Shown: positions 29,712-38,161 of the stretch, piece by piece
Layout: every line of letters begins with the position of its first letter
Position numbering within the stretch: the first letter of the stretch is position 1
DNA from: Candidatus Latescibacterota bacterium
GTDB lineage: Bacteria > Latescibacterota > UBA2968 > GCA-2709665
Assembly: GCA_965219995.1 (NCBI GenBank)
Contig: CBDCOX010000002.1
Coordinates: forward strand, 4,384,001-4,448,000
DNA length: 64,000 nucleotides
Direction of reading: 5' to 3'
Translations under genes and position numbers: made by a program
The notes under the pieces: model-generated
Told to the model about the DNA's origin: nothing
Databases searched by the model: none
Seen by the model: the letters and a program-made list of their open reading frames with translations, nothing else

Positions 29712-29853
29712 GACCCCCGCTGCCGGCGACTTGAACTCTGTATCGGTCAAGAGAAAAAGCGGCCTCACATCGAGGTCGCTTTTTCGTACAATACGAACGG
29801 TGAGATTCATCGAACGCCTATGCGCCGCGGTCGGGAGGAGTTACAGGCGGGGG
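29712..29853. ncRNA. Candidate structured RNA (6S-like rod); strand unresolved
   Basis: Terminal CCCCCGC/GCGGGGG stem, inner GGCG/CGCC and TGAACTC/GAGATTCA pairings, central bubble, 14-bp apical stem. Confidence 0.3.
29753..29785 (+). terminator. Intrinsic terminator-like hairpin after glycosidase (or apical arm of the candidate RNA)
   Basis: GAAAAAGCGGCCTC-ACATC-GAGGTCGCTTTTTC. Confidence 0.55.
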
Positions 29854-29963
29854 CTGTTCGGTCAGCGAGTGGTCCGCTCGGTTCGTGCGTGAAGCGAGAA
29901 CGGGCCGCGTTCCAGGGGCGCCGTTCATTATCATTAGCCTTAATTCGAAAAAAGATAACCGCT

Positions 29964-30111
29964 AAATTGGCCACAAAAAGCACAAAAGGCACAAAGGGTA
30001 TCGGTGCGAAACGGCATGTGTCATAACGCCGTGATCCTGAACGAATTCCCACGTCTTTCGGCGATACGCCCAGCAACAGAATAGCTGTTTTTGTGCCTCT
30101 TGTGGCAATTT
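29964..30111. repeat. MITE-like element bounded by CACAAA-type imperfect inverted repeats
   Basis: AAATTGGCCACAAAAAGCACAAAAGGCACAAAG ... TTTTTGTGCCTCTTGTGGCAATTT. Confidence 0.55.
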
Positions 30112-30341
30112 GCCTTGCATCGAAAATTGCAGCAAGCCGACACTGTGGAGAAAACTCCCGAAACGGGCCGAAAAGGTCGTCTGGAAGGACATTTTTTCCG
30201 TCCACGTCCGGTGACCTGAAGGATCATAGAAATCAGCAGTTAAATCGCCTTTATTTGCTCGCACATATTCGAATTAACGTCCCCGAATATTGACGAATCA
30301 AGGTTAGATTTCGGCAGATGTCATTTCAAACGGAGATGAAT

Positions 30342-30605
30342 ATGAAAAAGGGATGGATCGCAGCAGGCGTGGCGGCGGCACTGCAGGGGTTTCTTCTGGT
30401 GGCGGCGGGCGTGATCTTCGCCGCCCTGTTCCTCATCAAGATCCTCTGGGCGTGGACGATTCCCGATCTGTTTCCCGGCGCGGTGGAACAGGGACTCATC
30501 GCGGGGGAGATTTCGTGGTTTGCATCGCTCAAGCTCGCACTCTTCCTTGGAATCCTTTCGGCGATCATCGGCGGACGAAGCGTGTCTACGTCGGTTTCGA
30601 GGTGA
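30342..30605 (+). CDS. Small membrane protein
   Basis: Two hydrophobic segments around WAWTIPDLFPGAVEQGLIAGEISW; GGAG RBS. Confidence 0.7.
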   Translation: MKKGWIAAGVAAALQGFLLVAAGVIFAALFLIKILWAWTIPDLFPGAVEQGLIAGEISWFASLKLALFLGILSAIIGGRSVSTSVSR

Positions 30606-30636
30606 TAGTCACGCAAAGCAGCGATCAGCCAAAGGC

Positions 30637-30805
30637 GGTGAGACGTAAGACGGGAGATGATATGAGTGCCTGAAGAACGGGTAGGCGTTAGACGGGAGAC
30701 GGGAGATATTGTTTGCCTCGTGCGGGTTGATTTCTCGCCAGAGGCATAAGATTAGAATCGATCGGGCAAGGATGTCATCTAACGTCTTGCGTCTCACGTC
30801 TCACC
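30637..30805. repeat. Inverted arrays of GNNAGA(C/T) heptamer repeats
   Basis: GTGAGAC GTAAGAC GGGAGAT; GTTAGAC GGGAGAC GGGAGAT; inverted copy at 30775-30805. Confidence 0.6.
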
Positions 30806-30891
30806 AAATTTTGGAGAGGGGGAGGAAAGCCTGGCGCACATCAAGCGATGGCAGTTTTGGAACGATCGATTAGACGTGATCGGATACTCAG

Positions 30892-31644
30892 ATGAAGTTT
30901 GACGACGGGTCTTACTACAGGGCATACGATCACAACTACCGGGTCGCGTATGAAGAAGGCCTGACGTACGCCGGCGAAGGCGGATCGCAGAAGGATCTTG
31001 AGCGCCTGCGGCGAATGCTCGGACGCATCCCCCACGATCCTCGCGATACCGGGATTCTGGACCTGGGATGCGGCGATGGCACAACAGGTATTTTTCTGGT
31101 ACGGCTAGGCTATCGGTACCTGGGCATCGACGTTTCGGAGGCTGCCATCGAACGTGCGAAGCGGCGCGGTGCCGAAGCCGGCGCGGGTGCGAGGTTCGAG
31201 GTGGCGAATGCGCTGGATCTCCATGCGTTTCCCGGTAGAGGTTTCGATATCGTCGTCGACTGCTATTGCTTGAATATGCTGGTTGTCGACGCCCACCGGA
31301 GAGCCTATCTTGAAAACGCCAGACGGGCAATGAAGTACGGGGGATTTCTTATCCTGTTCGGTGCGCGCGACGAGAATGCCTATGAGGGCCCGGTGGACTC
31401 GTTCGCCGAATTCTGCAAACGAACAGGCGCCAACACTTCCGGCGTGCCATTCCAGAAACGGAAGGGAAACGAGTGGCGGAGCGTACGTGACAAGAGGGTA
31501 TTCCTTTTGGGCCGCGCGCGCAGTCTCAAGGGGTATAAGGAGGAATTGAACGCGGCGGGTTTCGCGATCCTGCACCGAGCGGCCTATGGTCGAGAACGGC
31601 AATACGCGGGCTTCCTGATGCAAAGGGAACGGCAAGCGTTATGA
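30892..31644 (+). CDS. Class I SAM-dependent methyltransferase
   Basis: ILDLGCGDG, GIDVSEAAI, FDIVVD. Confidence 0.88.
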   Translation: MKFDDGSYYRAYDHNYRVAYEEGLTYAGEGGSQKDLERLRRMLGRIPHDPRDTGILDLGCGDGTTGIFLVRLGYRYLGIDVSEAAIERAKRRGAEAGAGARFEVANALDLHAFPGRGFDIVVDCYCLNMLVVDAHRRAYLENARRAMKYGGFLILFGARDENAYEGPVDSFAEFCKRTGANTSGVPFQKRKGNEWRSVRDKRVFLLGRARSLKGYKEELNAAGFAILHRAAYGRERQYAGFLMQRERQAL

Positions 31645-31756
31645 ATGGCAGATGGAACCAGGCGGGGCGATCCCATGAGAAATCTCGACGTCGGCTACTC
31701 TTGGTGTCACTTGTAGTAGCGCATTCAACTCTTTCTTCAAGGTACTGAGGAGTGCC

Positions 31757-32185
31757 ATGCCGGAGCGCGGCGACAGTCTTACGTGGTACCACGGCTCTCA
31801 GCAGGTGTTGGAGGAACTTCGCGTTGGGAGTTCTATCACGCGGAACCGCGGCCTGGCAAGGGCGTTTTCCCACCGGCCGTCGATTGTCACTATGCCTGAC
31901 CGGAGCGAGTCGGTTTCTCTCGAGAGTACGGTTAAGCACAACGGCGTCACGCCGGGCTATCTCTATGCTGTTTCCGAGCAGATCGACCCCCGGGATATCT
32001 ATCCGCATCCGCACCCGGCGAATGCCGATGGCTGGGAGTGGCTGACCCGAAGGGTACTGAAGCTGACATTCATCGAAGAGACCATCGTGACAGATCGTGA
32101 GCGCCTGACAGCCGAAGAAATCGCAGACCTCAGGCGCAAGCAGAAGGAACGTGGCGAGGAGACGTTCGCGGAGCGGTCAGGTTGA
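31757..32185 (+). CDS. Hypothetical protein, possible ADP-ribosyltransferase fold
   Basis: WYHGS, SIT...LARAFS, GYLY.V, WEWL motif order; GAGGAG RBS. Confidence 0.6.
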   Translation: MPERGDSLTWYHGSQQVLEELRVGSSITRNRGLARAFSHRPSIVTMPDRSESVSLESTVKHNGVTPGYLYAVSEQIDPRDIYPHPHPANADGWEWLTRRVLKLTFIEETIVTDRERLTAEEIADLRRKQKERGEETFAERSG

Positions 32186-32277
32186 AATAAAACGAAACAC
32201 GAATTCGGTGCAATTCCCTGACAGCCACGGAGTTCGTGAAGTTGGAAACTTCAAGCCAATTTGGGGTGTCATCTCCT

Positions 32278-32763
32278 ATGCCGTCTGTTTACATTGAAAC
32301 ATCTATAGTCAGTTATCTGACGGCGCGCCCGTCTCAGAGTCTGCTGGTAGCAGCCTGGCAAGACGTGACGGTCACGTGGTGGAGTTACCATCGACAGGAT
32401 TTCGATCTTTGCACGTCGGCCCTCGTCATTGAGGAAGCCAGCCGCGGCGATCAGGAAGCGGCAGGACGCAGAATAGCACATCTCGAGGGCATTCCATTGC
32501 TTCCTGTGTCGGATCAGGTTATCGAGTTTGCGCGCAGGCTCGTCCATCCGGGCCCGCTACCCGTTGAGGCAGCAGATGACGCGTTCCACGTTGCTTTATC
32601 GGCCGTGCACGCCGTCGATTATCTACTGACTTGGAACTTCAAGCACATCGACAATGCGCTGATCAAGCCGCAGTTTCGGGCAATATGCCTGAAACATGGG
32701 TATCCCAGCCCCGAAATCTGTACCCCCCAGGAGATGGTAGGAGGTCTGCCCGATGAAAGATGA
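32278..32763 (+). CDS. PIN-domain (VapC-like) toxin
   Basis: VYIETSIVSYL, S..VIEE, DAFHVA, YLLTWNFKHI, ICTPQE. Confidence 0.85.
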   Translation: MPSVYIETSIVSYLTARPSQSLLVAAWQDVTVTWWSYHRQDFDLCTSALVIEEASRGDQEAAGRRIAHLEGIPLLPVSDQVIEFARRLVHPGPLPVEAADDAFHVALSAVHAVDYLLTWNFKHIDNALIKPQFRAICLKHGYPSPEICTPQEMVGGLPDER

Positions 32764-32935
32764 AGTCATCGTCGCCTTGTGGAAGATCAAAGAGGAAATC
32801 GCACGGGAGCACGAATATGACGTGGACCGCCTGGGCGCAATGGTCCGTGAAAAAGAGCGTGAGTACGCGTACAGAGTCGTAGACCGGGCACGTTCGAAGA
32901 AATCGGATACGTGCCAGGATTCCGGCATTGCGTAA
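32753..32935 (+). CDS. Small helical protein, putative antitoxin of the PIN toxin
   Basis: 60 aa overlapping PIN stop; MKDEVIVALWKIKEEIAREHEYDVDRL; GGAGG RBS. Confidence 0.65.
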   Translation: MKDEVIVALWKIKEEIAREHEYDVDRLGAMVREKEREYAYRVVDRARSKKSDTCQDSGIA

Positions 32936-33010
32936 TACAGACGTCTCTCATCACACGATTACCATAACAACGAGGAATTGCCGCCCCGGCCACGATTCGG
33001 CGCCCTTGTT

Positions 33011-33055
33011 GACCCTTCGCCGACCCTTCGACAAGCTCAGGGAGCGGCTCAGGAT
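33011..33055 (+). repeat. Nested CCCTTCG...GCTCAGG REP-like palindrome
   Basis: GACCCTTCGCC[GACCCTTCGACAAGCTCAGGGAGCG]GCTCAGGAT. Confidence 0.5.
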
Positions 33056-33134
33056 TCCAGGTCAATGGTGTGTATTATTGTAAACTGTTGAGTGCTCCGC
33101 TTTATGACAATCCAAACCCGGAGGTAAGCGACAT

Positions 33135-33542
33135 ATGATCCCATGGAAGATCAACCTGGACGATGTGCCTGAAGAACATCAGGAATGGACGTGGAAGACC
33201 GGAAAGTACGAACGCTATCGCCGGCATGTCTCCGTCGCCCTTGGAAACACCCCGGAAACGCCGCATCCGTTCGACGTGGAGCTGACTCGTCTCCCCCCGG
33301 GCGCGCGTCCGTGCCCCGTGCATTCGCACGACCGGATGTGGGAGTTCTTCATCGTCGTATCGGGCCGCGCCGTGGTGGACCGCGAAGGGGAATCCGCCGA
33401 AGCCGTTGCCGGAGACTGCTTCATGCAGCCGGCCTGCACGCGGCACCGGATCCGGAACGCCAGCGACAAGGAAGACCTGGTTTTCTACGTGATCGCGAAC
33501 GACCCCGGCGTTCCCATCGTGAGCCGCAAATACGAGGTCTGA
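33135..33542 (+). CDS. Cupin domain protein
   Basis: PVHSH...EFFIVVSG and P..RHRIRN motifs; GGAGG RBS. Confidence 0.85.
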   Translation: MIPWKINLDDVPEEHQEWTWKTGKYERYRRHVSVALGNTPETPHPFDVELTRLPPGARPCPVHSHDRMWEFFIVVSGRAVVDREGESAEAVAGDCFMQPACTRHRIRNASDKEDLVFYVIANDPGVPIVSRKYEV

Positions 33543-33681
33543 TCGGGCCGACGTAGCGCACGGTCCTCCCGCCGCTGCCATCCGTCGCGAACGCCGCGCC
33601 CCCCGCACTGCGACGGGCCGGTCGATCGGTCCCCGTTTACTTCCTTGTCGCAGAATCCCCTCCTCCGCTCGTCTCGGGTAT

Positions 33682-34599
33682 GTGTTTGCATTCTTCGCCT
33701 GGGGATCAGAATTGGGGTTTTCCATCTCCGCCGGTGAGGTCTTCGGACTGACGTGCTCGTTCGTCTGGGCGCTGAACAGCCTGATGGTGCGCACGCAGTC
33801 TCAGGCCATCCCGCCGGCGATGATGAACGGCATCCGGTGCGCCGTCGCGTCCGTCTTCTTCTGGGCGCTGCTCCCATTCGGCCCCCCGCTGTCCAGCTAC
33901 ACCCACGTCACCGGCACGGAATGGGCGCTCCTGGTGGGCGGGCTGCTGATCGGCATGGCCATGGGCGAAACGATGTACCTGGCGGCGATCAGGGAGATCG
34001 GCGTTTCGCGCGCAATGGCGCTGTCGGGGACCTTCCCGCTGTCCACGTTCTTCTTCGAGTGGGCCCTGCTGCAGAATCCGTTCAGCCGGCGTTTCTTTCT
34101 CGGGATCTGCCTCGTGGCGCTGGGTGTGCTCTTTCTGTCGAGCCGGGCACGGCAGCCGGCCGGCGAGCGGCCCGACCGGCTGGCGCTGGGCGTGTTCCTC
34201 GCGCTGTTCGCCTGTCTGTTATGGGGGCTGAGCACGGTCATGCTCAAACCTGCGATTGCCCACATGACGTCGGTGCAGGCCAACAGCGTCCGCGTGCCGC
34301 TCACCGCCGCGGTGCTCTTCCTGGCCCGGGCATGGGCGGGCCCGGTGATGCGCATCCGGGATATCGATCGGCGTGCGCTGTTGATCGTGGCCGCCAGCGG
34401 CATCGTCGGCGTAGGCGCCGGATCCCTGTTCTACGTGATGGCGATCGACCGGATCGGACCCGCGAAGATGGCTACGCTGGCTTCCGTCTCTCCCGTCACA
34501 GGAATGTTGATGGCGGTTATCTTTCTCAAGGAAAAGCTGACGCTGCGGCTGGTGGGTGGCGTGGTGCTGTGTGTGGCGGGGGTGTGGATGGTCCTTTAA
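33682..34599 (+). CDS. DMT/EamA family transporter
   Basis: About 10 TM segments in two repeats; AVIFLKEKLT; start may be TTG 33712. Confidence 0.88.
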   Translation: MFAFFAWGSELGFSISAGEVFGLTCSFVWALNSLMVRTQSQAIPPAMMNGIRCAVASVFFWALLPFGPPLSSYTHVTGTEWALLVGGLLIGMAMGETMYLAAIREIGVSRAMALSGTFPLSTFFFEWALLQNPFSRRFFLGICLVALGVLFLSSRARQPAGERPDRLALGVFLALFACLLWGLSTVMLKPAIAHMTSVQANSVRVPLTAAVLFLARAWAGPVMRIRDIDRRALLIVAASGIVGVGAGSLFYVMAIDRIGPAKMATLASVSPVTGMLMAVIFLKEKLTLRLVGGVVLCVAGVWMVL

Positions 34600-34714
34600 G
34601 GCACGGGGAATGGCATGACCACGCACACTTGTGTGTGTGGATTGTTCCGCCGGGGATTCGTTTGCCATGACGGCATGTCTTTCTGTTTCGACTGGAACGG
34701 TGAGGAGTGGATCC

Positions 34715-35434
34715 ATGTTTCGCGAAGTGATGGACGGTCTGTTTACCCGGGAATTGCTGGACGCACACCCGGATGAATGGGGTATCGCCGATTATTGCGG
34801 CCATCCGACGGCGGTGGGGTACTCGACCACGATCACGCCGGATGTGATTCGGACGGCGATTGATCGCGGCGTAGACCTGATTGTCACCCATCACGATGCC
34901 TGGGATTTCATGTTCGAGCAGCGCGAGGAGGTAAACGCTCTGCTGCGCCAGGGCGGGTTAACCCACGTCTGGGCGCACCTCCCGCTCGACCTGGCGGAAT
35001 TCGGGACCTCCGCGATGTTGTTGTCGGAGTTGGGTTGCGCGCCTGTGGCGGTTCTGCAGCACGCCGAAGGACGGGTGGGCGAACTTCCCGAACCCGAACC
35101 TCTGAACGCGGTGCGCGAGAGACTCTACGGATTGTTATCGGAGGAACCCTGCAGGGTACAGGATGCGAATCGGTCCGTGAGGAGGGTAGCCACCGTAACG
35201 GGTGCCGGGTTTTATACGGACATTCTGAGAGACGCGCTGCAATACGATATCGACCTGTACGTCACGGGGGAGACGAATCTCTATCTGCTGGAGTACGGGA
35301 AATACCGGAAGGTGAACGTGCTCGTGTACTCGCATAACTATACGGAGTTACCCGGCGCACGGGCCTTCGCCGAAAGAATCGCCGGCGCGCTCGGGCTCGA
35401 GCTGAAGGGGCACCTTGGGGATTCTCACTGGTAA
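34715..35434 (+). CDS. Nif3-like dinuclear metal-centre protein
   Basis: DLIVTHH, HLPLD, YVTGE, SHNYTE. Confidence 0.85.
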   Translation: MFREVMDGLFTRELLDAHPDEWGIADYCGHPTAVGYSTTITPDVIRTAIDRGVDLIVTHHDAWDFMFEQREEVNALLRQGGLTHVWAHLPLDLAEFGTSAMLLSELGCAPVAVLQHAEGRVGELPEPEPLNAVRERLYGLLSEEPCRVQDANRSVRRVATVTGAGFYTDILRDALQYDIDLYVTGETNLYLLEYGKYRKVNVLVYSHNYTELPGARAFAERIAGALGLELKGHLGDSHW

Positions 35435-35499
35435 AGTGCGTGTTTCGAGCGGAGAACGGAAATCCATTTGAATAATCGGCCTGGGCCCTTGTATCTTGT

Positions 35500-35695
35500 T
35501 TCGACGGAACGTATATTTTCAGGGCAATTCGAACGCGTCGCAATCGAGATGACCAAGGTAGGAGATTTTGCGATGGCGGTCTTGCGTTCGACCATCGAGA
35601 CGCTTGACGACCTGATTGAGGTGGTACCGGAACTTGAACGATTGCTTCCGAAAATCCGACCTGGTCAGGCGGTGCGGGTCTTCCCCGCCAGGTAG
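35500..35695 (+). pseudogene. Degenerate 3' fragment of a DUF5615-like PIN toxin
   Basis: MAVLRSTIETLDDLIEVVPELERLLPKIRPGQAVRV resembles the family C-terminus; no N-terminal half; left boundary approximate. Confidence 0.4.
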
Positions 35696-35849
35696 CATCG
35701 CCGCTGCGACGAACCTTGGATTACGAAGTTACAGGGATGATCATTGCATTCCGCGTTCGGTCTCTCCGGCCTGGATGCACAGTGGATACCATGCAAGTCT
35801 ACGTTTTCGTTCGAGAATTCGATAATATGCAAAAACAAGGGGTAATCCG

Positions 35850-36044
35850 ATGAAGCTCTCGTTTGATCTAACGGAATCTCAAAACCAGAAGTTGGATGCA
35901 GCCGCAAACCGACTGGGTATCCCCCGGGAGGAACTTGCGAAGGCAGCGCTGGACGAGCTGCTCGCCAGGCCGGAAGCGGAGTTCGATGCTTCAGTAGAGT
36001 ATGTATTGAGTAAGAATGAGGAACTATATAGAAGGCTGAGTTAA
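35850..36044 (+). CDS. Antitoxin (ribbon-helix-helix-like) of Doc toxin
   Basis: 64 aa ending [14 protein letters not shown]; TAATG overlap with the toxin. Confidence 0.8.
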   Translation: MKLSFDLTESQNQKLDAAANRLGIPREELAKAALDELLARPEAEFDASVEYVLSKNEELYRRLS

Positions 36045-36430
36045 TGAGATTTCTTACTCTGGCCGAACTGATCGACCTTCACAGTCGTATTATTGACCAG
36101 ACAGGCGGAGCACCGGGGTTGCGTGACATGGGCAGATTGGAATCTGCCATCGCGCAGCCCCGAATGTCTTTCGGCGGGAGTGATCTCTATCCAACGCTGA
36201 TCGAGAAAGCCGCCGTCCTCTGTTTCGCATTGATTCGAAATCATCCCTTTATCGACGGGAATAAGAGATCGGGACACGCAGCAATGGAAGTGTTTCTTGT
36301 TCTGAACGGGCATGAAATCAAGGCGAAAGTGGATGAGCAAGAGACGATTGTCTTGGGCGTTGCTTCGGGACAAGTGTCGAGGCAGGAGCTGACCGAATGG
36401 CTGACCGATCACGTCCAGAAGATCGGATAA
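36044..36430 (+). CDS. Death-on-curing (Fic/Doc) toxin
   Basis: [20 protein letters not shown] Fic motif. Confidence 0.92.
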   Translation: MRFLTLAELIDLHSRIIDQTGGAPGLRDMGRLESAIAQPRMSFGGSDLYPTLIEKAAVLCFALIRNHPFIDGNKRSGHAAMEVFLVLNGHEIKAKVDEQETIVLGVASGQVSRQELTEWLTDHVQKIG

Positions 36431-36469
36431 ACGGAGATTGTCCGACGTCCAGGTATCCCATTTGCGATC

Positions 36470-36958
36470 ATGAAAATGAGCCTTGCCGTCAAAACCCGGC
36501 GCGCCGTCGAGGCGGACGTCCCGGCGCTTATTGACCTGGCGCAGCGGTCCTGGCTCTCCGGAAACTGCGAGCTCGCCCCGATCGATGCGGTACGGGACTG
36601 GATGGAAGCGGACCTCGAGACGAAGCGATATCCGGAGATATGGCCGAACGTCACGGTTGCGGAGCACCGGTCACGAATCCTGGGCCTCGCGTATGCCGAC
36701 GGCCGGGAGGTCGCAGAACTGTGGGTTCACCCTTCATTTCAGCGGCGGGGCATCGGGAGCAGGTTGTTGCAGGCCTGCGAGCAGGAAATACTCCGCGCGG
36801 GTTACGACACCTCGAGACTGCAGTACTCAGTGTATAACGTGGCTGCTCCACACTTCTACCGTGCTCGCGGTTACGTGGAGGTGAGCAGGTCGCGGGGCAG
36901 ACTTCCATCCGGAGTGGAACGGGACATCATTGTCATGGAAAAAAGGCTGAACACCTGA
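36470..36958 (+). CDS. GNAT acetyltransferase
   Basis: LWVHPSFQRRGIGSRLL, N..A..FYRARGY. Confidence 0.85.
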   Translation: MKMSLAVKTRRAVEADVPALIDLAQRSWLSGNCELAPIDAVRDWMEADLETKRYPEIWPNVTVAEHRSRILGLAYADGREVAELWVHPSFQRRGIGSRLLQACEQEILRAGYDTSRLQYSVYNVAAPHFYRARGYVEVSRSRGRLPSGVERDIIVMEKRLNT

Positions 36959-37048
36959 AAAACTCACGCGCCGTCCGCGGCCGATTCACCGGCGCTGCCT
37001 CCCGGATAACGCAGCGCGATTCAGCGTCCTGGATAAAGGACCCGACCT

Positions 37049-37432
37049 ATGAAAGTCAAGGCGATCGACTTCGTGATTTCCCACGTGACGGATACGAGGG
37101 CGGCGGTGCGTTTCTATCGTGACGTGTTGGGAGTCGTGCAGGGTTTTATCAACGACGGCGGGATTACCGGGGACGGTTTGACGGACACGTGGACGGAATT
37201 CGACACCCGACCGGTGACCCTGGCGCTTGTCCGGTGGGAAGAGCAGGCGGGTCGTCCGGGGATCGCGCTCGCGGTGGAGGACGTGGACGAGGCAGTGGAG
37301 GAACTGCGCGGCAAGGGCGTCGAAATCGTGATGGAACCGGCAGACAGCGGGAGCTGCCGGATGGCCTGGATCAAGGATCCGTGGGGCAACCTGCTCTGCA
37401 TCCATCGCAGAAACGATGGCACGTGCGGATAG
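37049..37432 (+). CDS. VOC/glyoxalase family protein
   Basis: AVRFYRDVLG, AVEDVDEAVEELRGKGV, IKDPWGN. Confidence 0.88.
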   Translation: MKVKAIDFVISHVTDTRAAVRFYRDVLGVVQGFINDGGITGDGLTDTWTEFDTRPVTLALVRWEEQAGRPGIALAVEDVDEAVEELRGKGVEIVMEPADSGSCRMAWIKDPWGNLLCIHRRNDGTCG

Positions 37433-37540
37433 GCCAGACTCCGGCTCCCGTCGACCGAAGCCCCGTGTCGCAGTGGCAGACGCATCTCTTCAGGTACTTG
37501 CCGGACCGTCTTTAACCTCGTAGCGATGAGAAATCCGCCG

Positions 37541-38035
37541 ATGAAACCGATCGTCGCGCAGATGATACCGGATGACTGGAAGTCGGTACGCAGGATTTAC
37601 GAGGAAGGCATCGCCACGGGACACGCGTCGTTCGACACGGAAGTCCCGCATTGGGACGCCTGGGACACGAAACATCTGGCGGCATGCCGTCTTGTCGCCC
37701 GGGTAGACGGTGAGATTGCAGGTTGGGCAGCCCTGAGTCCGGTTTCGAGCCGGTGCGTCCATTCGGGAGTCGCGGAAGTCAGCTTGTACGTCGGATCCGG
37801 ATTCAGAGGAAGAGGGGTCGGCAAGTCCCTTATGGCGGAACTCGTCCACGCATCGGAGCGCGCCGGAATCTGGACCCTTCAGGGCGGAGCGTTCCCGGAG
37901 AACGCTGCAAGCATCGCGCTTCAAAAGGCATGTGGCTTCCGGGTGGTCGGCAGGCAGGAACGCCTGGGAAAATTGAACGGAGTCTGGAAGGACGTGCTCC
38001 TGATGGAACGACGGAGTAGAGTTGTGGGAAAATAG
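37541..38035 (+). CDS. Phosphinothricin/methionine sulfoximine acetyltransferase-like GNAT
   Basis: IY.EGI.TG.ASF, AEVSLYV...RGRGVG, FPENAASI.L...GFRVVG, WKDVLLMERRS. Confidence 0.88.
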   Translation: MKPIVAQMIPDDWKSVRRIYEEGIATGHASFDTEVPHWDAWDTKHLAACRLVARVDGEIAGWAALSPVSSRCVHSGVAEVSLYVGSGFRGRGVGKSLMAELVHASERAGIWTLQGGAFPENAASIALQKACGFRVVGRQERLGKLNGVWKDVLLMERRSRVVGK

Positions 38036-38161
38036 CTGGCTGCATTCAGGTCGAATAATTCACAGATCAACGATCTCCGCCCCCAGATTGGTCTGTCGAG
38101 ACGTAAAAGCAGCGGGTCGGAAGTTGGAGAAGACATTCCGGTCTGCCCTTGGCACACGGTG

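Noticed and set aside
29920-29940. Fur box (minus strand CTAATGATAATG)
   Set aside because: Only half of the 19-bp consensus matches and no iron-uptake gene follows
30600-38100. Integron cassette array with attC sites
   Set aside because: GTTAGAC and TCTAAC near 30687 and 30778 are in the wrong order and belong to the heptamer repeat; CATAAC...GTTGAC near 32963-33013 lacks matching L boxes; no integrase
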